DNA of 64,000 nt from Terriglobia bacterium. Its GTDB lineage: Bacteria; Acidobacteriota; Terriglobia; 20CM-2-55-15. The stretch spans positions 489,586 through 553,585 of the forward strand of contig CBDCLE010000002.1 in assembly GCA_965218585.1 (NCBI GenBank), read 5' to 3'. Made by a program: the position numbers and the translations under genes. Numbering within the stretch: the stretch's first letter is position 1; every line of letters begins with the position of its first letter. Below are positions 41,098-50,924 of this stretch, piece after piece. The notes beneath the pieces were generated by a model that ran no database searches, had not been told where the DNA came from, and saw only the letters and a program-made list of their open reading frames with translations.

Positions 41098-41580
41098 CTA
41101 CATCGTCAACGGTAGACGTTCGTCCCCGCCGTCTTCACCCACGATAAGCGTACCGTCTTCCTTGTATCGCTTGAGTATGAAGTGGGTGTTCGTCCCCTGG
41201 ACCGCATCCATTCCAGACAGTTTGCCGGAGACGAAGTTCGAAATTTCGTAGATGCTCTTGCCAACCACTTGTACAAGAAGATCGTAGTCTCCTGAAACCA
41301 GATGCATGGATCGCACTTCCGGAAAGCGTGCGATGCGCGCCGCCAGGGCATTGAATCCCACGTCCCGTTGTGGAGTCATCCGGACCTCGATCAGGGCAGC
41401 GACAGGGCCCTCCCCGGCCTTGTCCCAATCCACCTGAGCCTTGTAGGACAGGATCCGGCGATCGTCCTCAGCTTCCTTTATCAGACGGCGGACCTCGTCC
41501 ACGTCACGTCCCGTCATTGTGGCAATACGCTCCGGTGTCGCGCGCGCGTCTTCTTCGAGGATGCGGAGTATGTCTTCCAT
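41098..41580 (-). CDS. Lrp/AsnC family transcriptional regulator (YugG-like)
   Basis: N-terminal HTH (LEEDAR), LVSGDYD; directly upstream of the aminotransferase. Confidence 0.9.
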   Translation of the reverse strand: MEDILRILEEDARATPERIATMTGRDVDEVRRLIKEAEDDRRILSYKAQVDWDKAGEGPVAALIEVRMTPQRDVGFNALAARIARFPEVRSMHLVSGDYDLLVQVVGKSIYEISNFVSGKLSGMDAVQGTNTHFILKRYKEDGTLIVGEDGGDERLPLTM

Positions 41581-41776
41581 AACTCCTCTAGAGTATCGGT
41601 AAGCCCCAGAATGGGTCAACGACAGAATGGGTGACTGTAGTGCGGTCTATGACGGCAGGCCGTGGGGAATTGTGCGCTCATAGAGCGCACCGAGAAATTT
41701 GCGGCCATTAATCCGCGTTATCTGCGTAACGAGGAGTGCATGATGCGGGGCTTTGACCTGAAGCATCTGGCGGGAT

Positions 41777-42457
41777 CTATTTAAGGATGCAGATCTCGTC
41801 GAGCCCTTTCTTTTCTAAGACAGGCACCTCGGCTCCGTCGGCCGGGTATCCCACCGGCAGCAGGACGAATGGTGTCTCGTTCTTCGGGCGCCCAAGGATT
41901 TCCCGCAGAAACCCCATCGGGCTTGGTGTGTGCGTCAGCGTTACCAGACCTGCTGTGTGTATTGCCGCCAGCAGCATGCCTGTCGCGATGCCAACCGATT
42001 CCACGACGTAATAGTGTTTCTTCTTAAAAGACAGTTCCTCGGATGTATCGTCCAGTCCGTAGTCGATCCTGAAAACGACAATCAGGTGCGGAACGAGTTC
42101 CAAAAACTCTTTATGCCAGTCCGTTCCGAGCGGAGCCAGGGCTTCGAGCCACTCCTTCGGGAATCGCCTATCGTAGTTTTCGCGCTCTTCTTTCTCGGCA
42201 GCCACGCGGATCTGGTGCTTGATGTCTGGATCCGAGACGACCACGAAACGCCACGGCTGTATGTTCGCCCCCGAAGGCGCTGTTCCTGCAACACGGATGC
42301 ATTCCTCGACGAGAGAGAGCGGAACCGGTTCAGGCGAAAAGTCCCGAACGCTCCTCCGCCGACCGAGCGAGTCGTGTAGCTGCTGAATTCTTTCTTCCCC
42401 GACTTCAGGAGAAAGCTTTTCAAACTGAAGCGGCATGAAGGCGTACCTGGATTTCAT
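41777..42457 (-). CDS. Nitroreductase family, iodotyrosine deiodinase-like
   Basis: RRSVRDFS, APSGAN.QPW, AEKEE..NY, LGTDWHK.FL, ESVGIA.G and LTHTPSPM motifs. Confidence 0.82.
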   Translation of the reverse strand: MKSRYAFMPLQFEKLSPEVGEERIQQLHDSLGRRRSVRDFSPEPVPLSLVEECIRVAGTAPSGANIQPWRFVVVSDPDIKHQIRVAAEKEERENYDRRFPKEWLEALAPLGTDWHKEFLELVPHLIVVFRIDYGLDDTSEELSFKKKHYYVVESVGIATGMLLAAIHTAGLVTLTHTPSPMGFLREILGRPKNETPFVLLPVGYPADGAEVPVLEKKGLDEICILK

Positions 42458-42473
42458 CGTGTCCCCTGATTAA

Positions 42474-42531
42474 GGGGAGAGTGAGCAAATTCGGAATGCG
42501 CGCTGCTAATTCGAATTTGCTCACTGTCCCC
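42474..42531. repeat. REP-like inverted repeat
   Basis: ggggagagtgagcaaattcg / cgaatttgctcactgtcccc. Confidence 0.7.
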
Positions 42532-42636
42532 GAATTAAAATGCCATCTTCGAATTCAGAATTGTAAGGGTTCTTGAGGTCAAATCGGGGATTGAGTGGTC
42601 TGTCCCGGTATTTGTCGGTGGTAAGATTCGTGCACG

Positions 42637-44226
42637 ATGGACCGCCCCGCTAGGAACACACATGGAACCCGTTCTCCCGTTTTGGCTACCCACGGCATGG
42701 TCGCCACAAGCCAACCGCTTGCCTCCACAGCCGCCTTGAACGTTCTCCAGGAAGGCGGGAATGCTGTCGATGCCTCTATTACAGCTGCCGCGGTCTTAAA
42801 CGTCGTTGAACCAATGATGACCGGGATCGGCGGCGACATGTTCGCCCTGGTGTTCATGTCCGAAGATGGCAGGCCTGTTGGACTGAACGGCAGCGGCTGG
42901 GCAGGATCCAAAGCAAACGTCGGAGATCTTGAGAGACGCGGTATCGACCAACTCGAAGGCATTCAAACCGTCACCGTGCCCGGTGCAGTCGCAGGCTGGT
43001 TCAAGCTCCATGGTCGTTACGGGAAGCTTCCGATGTCGCGGCTTCTCGAACCCGCGATCGAATATGCTACGGCCGGTTTTCCCGTATCCGAGATCATCGC
43101 CGGCCAGTGGGCTTCCTCCGAACAGCTCTTGCTTCTCAATGATGATGCCACGCGGACGTATCTGAAGGACGGAGTCGCACCTCGACACGGAGAGATATTC
43201 CGTTCTCCTGATCTTGCCCGAAGCCTTGGCCAGATTTCCGCCGTCGGGCGTGACGCTTTCTACAGGGGCGAGATCGCCTCCCAGATCGTCAGTACGTCGG
43301 AGAAACTCGGCGGGTTTCTCACCCTCGCCGACCTTGAAGAATTTGATGCTGGCTGGGTCGATCCTATTTCGACAACCTATCGGGGGCACGCAGTTTACGA
43401 GATGCCCCCCAACACGCAGGGCCTGGTTGCGCTCCAGATGCTGAACATCATGGAAGGGTTCGATCTGAAGGCAATGGGGCACAATTCGGCCGACTATCTG
43501 CATACGCTGGCCGAAGCCAAAAAACTGGCCTTTGCCGACCGCGCCCGGTTCATTGCAGACCCCGATCGCTCTCGGGTCCCGACCGACCGCCTGATCTCAA
43601 AGGAATATGCGGACGAACGACGGAAGTTGATCAATACCGAACGTGCGGGGAAAGATCCTCAATCAGGATTGTCCGTGCCGGGAGACACCGTGTATCTGAC
43701 CGTCGTCGATTCCGACCGGAACGTCGTGTCCTTTATTAATAGCCTGTTTGTGTCGTTCGGTTCCGGAGTCGTTGCCGATGGAACGGGAATTTGCCTCCAC
43801 AGCAGGGGAAGCGGGTTCTCGCTCGAATCCGGTCATCCCAACGTGATTGCACCGCGGAAGCGCCCCTTTCATACCCTCGTACCCGCACTTGTCTTCCGGG
43901 ACGGACAACCGTACTTCTCGTTCGGCGTCATGGGCGGCGACATGCAGGCCCAGGGCCACGCACAGGTCCTGGCCAACCTGATCGATTTCGGTCTGGACCC
44001 CCAGCAGGCCGGGGAAGCGCCTCGCTTTTGTCACGCCGGTCCAGCGTTGGCTGTGGAATCCGGGATCGGCGATGACGTCCGGGACGCGTTGACCCGAATG
44101 GGACACCAGGTTGTCGACGGGTTCGGAATCTTCGGTGGGTTTCAGGGAATTCTCATCGATCCCGAAACAGGAGTTCTCGCCGGGGGATCCGATCCGAGAA
44201 AAGACGGTCTCGCAATGGGTTGGTGA
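42637..44226 (+). CDS. ggt: Gamma-glutamyltransferase
   Basis: GGNAVDA, GIGGD, GD|TVY autoprocessing Thr, RPFHT, GVMGG and DPRKDG motifs. Confidence 0.93.
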   Translation: MDRPARNTHGTRSPVLATHGMVATSQPLASTAALNVLQEGGNAVDASITAAAVLNVVEPMMTGIGGDMFALVFMSEDGRPVGLNGSGWAGSKANVGDLERRGIDQLEGIQTVTVPGAVAGWFKLHGRYGKLPMSRLLEPAIEYATAGFPVSEIIAGQWASSEQLLLLNDDATRTYLKDGVAPRHGEIFRSPDLARSLGQISAVGRDAFYRGEIASQIVSTSEKLGGFLTLADLEEFDAGWVDPISTTYRGHAVYEMPPNTQGLVALQMLNIMEGFDLKAMGHNSADYLHTLAEAKKLAFADRARFIADPDRSRVPTDRLISKEYADERRKLINTERAGKDPQSGLSVPGDTVYLTVVDSDRNVVSFINSLFVSFGSGVVADGTGICLHSRGSGFSLESGHPNVIAPRKRPFHTLVPALVFRDGQPYFSFGVMGGDMQAQGHAQVLANLIDFGLDPQQAGEAPRFCHAGPALAVESGIGDDVRDALTRMGHQVVDGFGIFGGFQGILIDPETGVLAGGSDPRKDGLAMGW

Positions 44227-44509
44227 TCGCTGTCTATACGCGCCTGGCGCTACACATTCCGTTCCGACTCATATGTAAAATATTATTATATAAGGGCTTA
44301 TAGAACAATCGTTAGTTATTATAGTTTTTTATTGTATTAGCCTAAAGGTCCAGATTCCGCCTTCCGATAAGAACTGTAGCGGGCCGGTAGAGAGTGAGCT
44401 AAACGGTACGATGCCAGCATGGATGCTTGGCATACAAATCACGGAGGATAAAGAGCATGAGTTTTCCGGTGATTATATACTTTACACAGAAATAATGCCG
44501 ATGCTACAA

Positions 44510-44686
44510 TCATTTCATGGTTGTAGCATCCGTATTTTTATCAGCACTTTCCGGTTGCTCAATCAGCTTATCCAGCTCACGTTTCACGCGCTTTCCGAAG
44601 ATTTTCTCAACGATCTCCACGTCGGTCTTCTCGGTGAGATTCTTCGGGAGTCTTCGCTTTCGCTTTCTCTTGGAGTTTTGAGTCAT
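44510..44686 (-). CDS. Small basic hypothetical protein (58 aa) divergent from the IS1595 transposase
   Basis: MTQNSKRKRKRR...; its ATG overlaps the transposase ATG within CATG. Confidence 0.4.
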   Translation of the reverse strand: MTQNSKRKRKRRLPKNLTEKTDVEIVEKIFGKRVKRELDKLIEQPESADKNTDATTMK

Positions 44687-45587
44687 GCCTGACACCGCCT
44701 CGTTGAATCTTGTACGTTTGATTGATCGCTTTCCGAACGAAGAAAAATGCAGGGAGTTTCTTGAAAACCTGCGGTGGCCGAACAGCGTTGGCTGTCCTCG
44801 CTGTGGCGACACATCGCTTTGTGAGATCGCAAGTCGCGACCAATGGGATTGTCTCTCATGCCGCTACCAGTTCAGCGTGACGGCGGGAACGATCATGCAC
44901 GATTCCCACCTGCCGCTGAGGAAGTGGTTTCTGGCGATTTATCTCATTCTCGAAGGCAAGAAGGGGATTTCGGCCAACCAGTTGAAGCGCACCATCGGTG
45001 TCTCCTACAAGACAGCCTGGTATCTCTGTCACCGCATCCGCTCCGCGATGGGACATAGCGAACCGGACGGCCCGACGCTGTTTGGGGTGGTCGAGGTCGA
45101 TGAAACCCTGGTCGGCGGCAAGGCCAAAGGCAAGGGGAGCGGCTACAGAGGCAACAAGACTTGGGTGGCCGGCGCGATCCAGCGGGGCGGGAAGGTCCGC
45201 CTGGAGCGGGTTCCAAACATCCGGCGTCACACACTCCATGCTTTCATCCGGCGCAACATCAAGGATGAGGCCGCAGCGATCTATACCGACGAACTGAAGT
45301 CTTACCTCGGGATCGAGGATCACGACACGCGCCATGAGACCGTCAACCACTCCGCTGAGGAATGGGTTGTCGGCGATGTCCACACCAACAGCATTGAGGG
45401 CGTGTGGAGCCTGTTCAAGCGGTCTATCGTCGGATCGTTCCATAAGATCAGTGCGAAACATCTGGACCGTTATCTTGAGGAACTGGAATGGCGCTTCAAC
45501 AACCGCGACAACCCTTACATCTTCCGGGATGCCTTGCGTTTGATCGTCAACGCGGACATGCTCCCCTACAAGGATCTGGTGGCCTAG
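44685..45587 (+). CDS. IS1595 family transposase
   Basis: Zn ribbon CPRC/CLSC; VEVDET, IYTDE, VNH, HTNSIEG.W and YL.E..WRFN motifs. Confidence 0.95.
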   Translation: MPDTASLNLVRLIDRFPNEEKCREFLENLRWPNSVGCPRCGDTSLCEIASRDQWDCLSCRYQFSVTAGTIMHDSHLPLRKWFLAIYLILEGKKGISANQLKRTIGVSYKTAWYLCHRIRSAMGHSEPDGPTLFGVVEVDETLVGGKAKGKGSGYRGNKTWVAGAIQRGGKVRLERVPNIRRHTLHAFIRRNIKDEAAAIYTDELKSYLGIEDHDTRHETVNHSAEEWVVGDVHTNSIEGVWSLFKRSIVGSFHKISAKHLDRYLEELEWRFNNRDNPYIFRDALRLIVNADMLPYKDLVA

Positions 45588-45817
45588 TCCAGGTTTCTTT
45601 CGAGTTCTTCTTGTCCGTTCCATGTGAGATTGAGAATCTTCAGATTCTTCCCCGATTTCTGGATTTCCAGATAACCCGCTTGGTGACAAAGATCAATATG
45701 GTAAAGAACCTCTATCCGGCTGTATTCCTCATAGCGCGGCGCCGGTAGGGGCTTGCCAGTGGCATTCTCCTCTGCGTAACGCAGAATCATGAGAATCAAT
45801 TTCTTATGGCGTTTCAA
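45584..45817 (-). CDS. DUF2513-like small winged-helix protein (passenger)
   Basis: MKR...LI..IL...E, YHIDL..QAGY and LTWNG.E pattern. Confidence 0.65.
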   Translation of the reverse strand: MKRHKKLILMILRYAEENATGKPLPAPRYEEYSRIEVLYHIDLCHQAGYLEIQKSGKNLKILNLTWNGQEELERNLD

Positions 45818-46040
45818 TAGATCACTCCCTCTTTACTTGACACAAACTTCCTTCCTGCCATAGCCTTCTTATTGCCAAAACACGTTGCGTGTACGCCCAT
45901 CGTCGGGCTGCTCGCTGAATACAACACCCTTCGGGGAAATAGGTGGGGCTCCGCACTACAACGCGCGGCGTGTTTTGGCAAACTGGCCCGGCGGCCAATG
46001 CCGGTCGCCCGCCAACCAAAGATATGAGAGGAGACACACT

Positions 46041-46556
46041 ATGAATCACAAGAAGCAGCTTACTTTGGTAGCCCTTGTCCTTCTCGCAACGACAGCGTGT
46101 TCTTCGCGGAGAGTGAGCGTGATCATTCCAGCTACACAGCCGTTGTCGGCTTTCTCCGTCTTGGAGGTTGCAGAGATCGACACCAACGTTCCGGACGTCG
46201 AGTTTCAAGTTCCGATCAACATGAGGCAAGAGCTCGTCCAGAAGATATCCGAAATAAGAAGGTTTCGATCCGTCACCCAACAGACCGATGAAACCGAGGG
46301 GGTATTGCGCTTGGAGAGCACGATCCTCAGCTATGAGAAGGGTTCTCGGGCGAAGCGGTACCTCATCGGATTTGGAACTGGAAAGAGCTATATGACCATG
46401 CGCGGGATCATGATCAACAAGACCACAGGGGAGAAGGTGTTCGAAGGGGACTTCGAAGGAGAGATTTCTGGCGGCTTCCTTGGTGGAAGCTCCAGATCCA
46501 CCGAGAACGCCGTGGTTGATGAAGTCCGGGACTACTTCAGGGAAAGATTTCCCTAG
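46041..46556 (+). CDS. DUF4410-like lipoprotein (passenger)
   Basis: RBS GAGGAG, lipobox TTAC, GSRAKRYLIGFG.G motif. Confidence 0.7.
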   Translation: MNHKKQLTLVALVLLATTACSSRRVSVIIPATQPLSAFSVLEVAEIDTNVPDVEFQVPINMRQELVQKISEIRRFRSVTQQTDETEGVLRLESTILSYEKGSRAKRYLIGFGTGKSYMTMRGIMINKTTGEKVFEGDFEGEISGGFLGGSSRSTENAVVDEVRDYFRERFP

Positions 46557-46572
46557 AAATAGCGACCGTGAA

Positions 46573-46602
46573 ACGGGGGAGAGTTTCATTCTTCTCCCCC
46601 GT
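46573..46602. terminator. Hairpin between convergent passenger genes
   Basis: acgggggaga...tctcccccgt. Confidence 0.5.
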
Positions 46603-46844
46603 CATGATTCGCCCGCTCGGTATCGCTGGACGGGGCAATTTTTTCAAATTCATACTTTCTTGCGAATTTGAGATCCCTTCCCATTGATTTAGCAAGAAGG
46701 AGGGGGAGCCAAGTTGTACCACTGTTTTGTATCCAGAACAGGAGATGGCACACCCAATGCGTTGAGCCTATCCCTAAGTCTCAGCATTTTTACCTCTGTC
46801 TTAGCTGAGATGTAGTCTCTCCTTATCGAAACGTCGACGAGCAG

Positions 46845-48209
46845 GAGGTCGTTCCAATCGGTGTGTAAAAAGAGAAGGCGGTGTACGCTTTCGGTGAATC
46901 CGAAACCCTAAGCAATCCCGGCAGCAACCGGGAGAAAGGTACACCACCCATGAAGAAGAAGAACATACCGGCATCAGTGGCGTCAACGAACGCGTATGAA
47001 GGTTTGGAGGACTGGGCGCGATCCCGGGTCCAAGTCTGGCTACAGGAGCTGCTCGAGGACGAAGTCACTCAATTTCTGGGTCGGGAAAAGTTGGAGCGGA
47101 GTCCGAATCGACGAGGATACCGGAACGGTCACGGGAAACCGCGACGCTTCGCAATGATGAACGGTACGATGGAGGTTCGACGACCTCGGGTTTGAAACAC
47201 CGCCGAGCGGTTCGAGAGTCAGATCCTGCCGTATTTTCGACGGAAATCGAAACAGCTGGGCGAGCTACTTCCCGATCTCTACCTCCACGGCCTGGCCACA
47301 GGGGACTTCGAGCAGGCCATGCGCGGACTGCTTGGCGCTGGCGCTCCGTTGTCGCGAGCATCGATCCAACGACTGAAATCGACCTGGCAGTTGGAGTATG
47401 ACGAGTGGGTCCAGCAGGACCTGTCCGGCCTCGAGGTCGTGTACCAGTGGGCAGACGGCTTGTACGTGAAAGCGGGGATCGCGAAAGAGCGAGCGGCATT
47501 GCTGGTGATCATCGGAGCCTTGTCAGACGGGCGCAAAGTGCTGTTGGCCTGTGAGAGCGGGCAGCGGGAAAGCAAGGAGTCCTGGAGCCGCATTCTGCGC
47601 AATCTCCAGAGACGGGGCCTGAAGCTGGGACGGCTGACTGTCGCGGACGGTCACCTGGGCATCTGGTCCGCGCTGGCCGAGCAACAGCCCCAGGGCCAGG
47701 AACAACGCTGCTGGAACCACAAGTCGATCAACGTGGTCGATCATCTGCCGAAGACCGAGCAGCCCGCGGCCAGACAGCTGCTTCATGGGATGGCCTTCGC
47801 GAACTCCCGCGCGGCCTGCGAACGAAAGCGGGATCAGTTCGTCCGCCGATATGAGAAGAACTATCCCAAAGCGGGTGAGACGCTGTTGCGGGACTGGGAC
47901 CGGATGATTACTTTCTATGAGTTCCCGAAACAACACTGGGTGCATCTGAGAACAACCAACATCGTCGAATCGCCCTTCGACATGGTTCGCCTCCGCACCA
48001 ACGCCGCTCGCCGATTCAAGCGTGTCGAGAATGCAACGGCAATGATCTGGAAGCTACTACGTGTCGCTGAGAAGGCTTGGCGACACTTAAAAGGATCCGA
48101 ACTCTTACAAGAGGTCTATGATGGTCAGCAATTCGCTGACGGCATCAGAGTCGTGATGAAATCGAAGGCCGCCGCCTGATGACTTTTACACACCTTTTGT
48201 AATGACCTC
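46845..48209 (+). mobile_element. IS256-family element, copy 3 (1365 bp)
   Basis: Same TIRs as copies 1 and 2; 8-bp TSD ACGAGCAG. Confidence 0.95.
46881..48179 (+). pseudogene. IS256 transposase with a nonsense mutation at 47193-47195
   Basis: CGA in copies 1 and 2 is TGA here. Confidence 0.9.
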
Positions 48210-49307
48210 ACGAGCAGAGCATCAAGAACTTCTTCAATATCCTCATGGAGAACGTAAAATCGTCCACTCGGAAGCATTCTTCTAATCGCGCTCTGCATAG
48301 TGACCACGACCCAACCTATAGACAATATCGTCACGCTGATAGCAACAATGGGAAGGAAGGCTCCCACGATTGGAATGACCTGCGTCATTTTCGTGGTAGC
48401 CCCCTGAAAATCGACCAGTAGGCCACATGAGCCACCCAAAGCAGCGACAGCTTTCCAAGGCGAGAGTTCGCTATTCTTCCAGCGCGACATCGGGCCATGC
48501 TAACCCCCTGCGTTTTGTGTGTAAAGTATATAATCACCGAGATTTGGCGGAAGAGCCGCTTTTCTTACAACGCCGAATTTTTCCTATCCTTTGGAAACAG
48601 GCTGAACTAGCGATTTTTCATTAGCGAAAACCAAGACGATAAGGGAGTGACCAGATGGCGAATCAGAACATGCGCCACATCGAGCGGTTCGTCGATTCCG
48701 CAAGCCTACTCGATTCTCCAGCCGCACTGCGCGCGCGCGCCGATGAACAGGGCTACCTCTTTTTCCGTTCCCTCCTCGACAGCGATACCGTGCTCGACCT
48801 GCGCCGCCAGATCCTGGAAATCTCCCTTAAACACGGGTGGCTCGACAAGAGCTCTCCGTTGATGGACGGGGTGTCGCGCGAAGGCCATCTCTGGATCGAC
48901 ACCGCCTCGCGCGAATGGATTAATTTCTACCGCGACATTCAGTGCCTGCGTGCGTTTCACTCCCTGGCCCTAGACCCGGCCATTCTCTCCCTTTTCGAAA
49001 TCCTCTTCGGCGACAGCGTGCTGCCACACAGCCGCAATATTTTCCGATTCATCTTCCCGAATATGACAAGCGTGGATCGCCCGCACCAGGACAACTTCTA
49101 CATCGGCGGCAGCGAAGAGACGTGGACCGCCTGGATTCCGGCTGGCGACTGTCCAGCTACCCAGGGTAGTCTGGCTGTCGCTCCGGGAACGCACAAATTG
49201 GGCAAACCCTCGGCGGTCACCCAAAACCGGCCAATGGTGGTCACCTGAAAACCGGCCAACGATAGAGGCCCGGGACATTGACAGCAGGCGGAGTAATCTC
49301 CGTCGGC

Positions 49308-50924
49308 ATGAGCAATGTCTTGAGCACAGAAAAGAGAGAACAAGTTGTTGCATTGGGGCGGCTTGGATGGCCGCTGCGTCGGATTGAACAGACCACTGGC
49401 GTTCGCCGTGAGACGGCCAGTGGGTATCTGAGAGCGGCCGGAATCCCCGTACGGCCGCCCGGTAGCTGGGGCCGGCGACCGGCAAAACCGGCCAACGAGG
49501 TGACCACCGACCCGGACGGCGTAAGTGGTGTCGTTGAAAGGGTTGGCGATTCCGATATTTCAAAACCGGCCAACGAAGTGACCACCGACTCGGAGGCCGA
49601 GAATCCGGTCCCGGCAGAGTCGTCGAGCCCACCGTCGAGCAGTTCCTGCGAGCCGTACCGGGAGACGATCGAACAGGCGCTGGAGCGTGGCCGCAACGCG
49701 ATGGCGATCTGGCAGGACCTGGTTACGGATCATGGCTTTGCCAGCAGCTACGAAGCGGTCAAGCGGTTCGTTCGCAAACTCCGGGGCGTGCGGTCTCCCG
49801 TAGCGGTCGGCATCATCCAAACCGACCCTGGAGAAGAAGCCCAGGTCGACTACGGAACCGGACCCATGGTTCGGGATCCGAAGACCGGCAAGTACCGGCG
49901 GACCCGGCTGTTCGTGATGACGCTGGGCTACAGCCGCAAATCCGTGCGGTTGCTGAGCTTCAAATCCAGTTCCCTTATCTGGGCCCAGCTGCACGAGACC
50001 GCGTTCCGGCGCCTGGGTGGCAGTCCCCGTCTCATGATCCTGGACAACCTGCGCGAGGGTGTGATCGACCCGGAGTATTACGACCCCACGCTGAATCCGC
50101 TGTTCCGGGATGTGCTGGCTCACTACGGCGTGGTGGCCCTGCCATGCCGGGTGCGCGACCCAGACCGCAAAGGGAAAGTGGAGTCCGGGGTGGGACACGC
50201 CCAGAAGACCCCACTGAAGGGACAGCGCTTCGAGAGCCTCGAGGAGGCTCAGGCGTATCTGGACCGGTGGGCCGACACCCGCATCCACGGCACGACCAAG
50301 CGGCAGGTGGGGGCCATGTTCGCTGAAGAGAAGCCGTCGCTAAAGCGGCTGCCGATCGAACCCTTCCGCTACTACAAGTACGGGCAGCGTGTCGTCCATC
50401 TCGACGGTTGTGTGGAAGTCGAAGCGGCCTATTACGGTTTACCGCCCGGTTGGATCGGACGAACGGTCAAAGTGCAGTGGGACACTCTCCACGTCCGGAT
50501 CCTCGACCCGAACACCTATCAACTCCTGCGGGAGCATGTCCGTCAAAAACGCGGTGGATATCGTGTCCGCCCCGAAGACAATCCCAAAAAGACGCCCCTA
50601 ACTACCGTGCAACTGCTCGCCCGCGCCCGCCGCGCCGGAACCCATATCGGCACGCTATGTGAGGGGATTCATCGCCGACAGGGGAAGGCTGCGGTCCGCC
50701 GCATCCTGGGTGTACTCTCCCTGGCCAAGAGGTACGGTGTGTCCGCCGTCGAGGATGCTTCGGCTGTGGCACTGGAACTCCACGTCTACGAGTATCGTTT
50801 CCTCCGCCGCTATCTGGAGCGGCGACCTCCACTCGCACTCCGTCAGGTCGATCCTCTCATTCGTGAACTGACCCAGTATCGCGATCTCATCAACCTCAAG
50901 ATCCAGGAGCAGGAACAATCATGA
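49308..50924 (+). CDS. istA: IS21 transposase IstA
   Basis: PGEEAQVDYG, LDN and KGKVE motifs. Confidence 0.93.
   Translation: MSNVLSTEKREQVVALGRLGWPLRRIEQTTGVRRETASGYLRAAGIPVRPPGSWGRRPAKPANEVTTDPDGVSGVVERVGDSDISKPANEVTTDSEAENPVPAESSSPPSSSSCEPYRETIEQALERGRNAMAIWQDLVTDHGFASSYEAVKRFVRKLRGVRSPVAVGIIQTDPGEEAQVDYGTGPMVRDPKTGKYRRTRLFVMTLGYSRKSVRLLSFKSSSLIWAQLHETAFRRLGGSPRLMILDNLREGVIDPEYYDPTLNPLFRDVLAHYGVVALPCRVRDPDRKGKVESGVGHAQKTPLKGQRFESLEEAQAYLDRWADTRIHGTTKRQVGAMFAEEKPSLKRLPIEPFRYYKYGQRVVHLDGCVEVEAAYYGLPPGWIGRTVKVQWDTLHVRILDPNTYQLLREHVRQKRGGYRVRPEDNPKKTPLTTVQLLARARRAGTHIGTLCEGIHRRQGKAAVRRILGVLSLAKRYGVSAVEDASAVALELHVYEYRFLRRYLERRPPLALRQVDPLIRELTQYRDLINLKIQEQEQS

Larger units (their letters stand above)
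46689..48490 (-). pseudogene. Hypothetical membrane protein (passenger) interrupted by IS256 copy 3
   Basis: ...EEVLDALLV continues in frame across the TSD as DVSIRRDYISAKTEVKMLRLRDRL; both ends uncertain. Confidence 0.5.
44467..48539 (+). mobile_element. IS1595-family transporter element with passenger genes, containing nested IS256 copy 3
   Basis: Perfect 22-bp TIR cggtgattatatactttacaca / tgtgtaaagtatataatcaccg; no matching TSD seen. Confidence 0.85.

Noticed and set aside
44268-44345. AT-rich patch as a dif site or origin
   Set aside because: No convincing XerD arm or DnaA boxes; unexplained but not assignable.
1203-47195. Alternative genetic code or stop-codon readthrough
   Set aside because: The internal stops are of all three types, all three also end normal genes, and the IS256 stop is a copy-specific mutation.
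4046-50288. Long antisense ORFs (e.g. 4046..4915, 8824..9729, 25819..26934, 44856..45689, 49560..50288)
   Set aside because: They are shadow frames of well-supported genes in GC-rich DNA, with no motifs.
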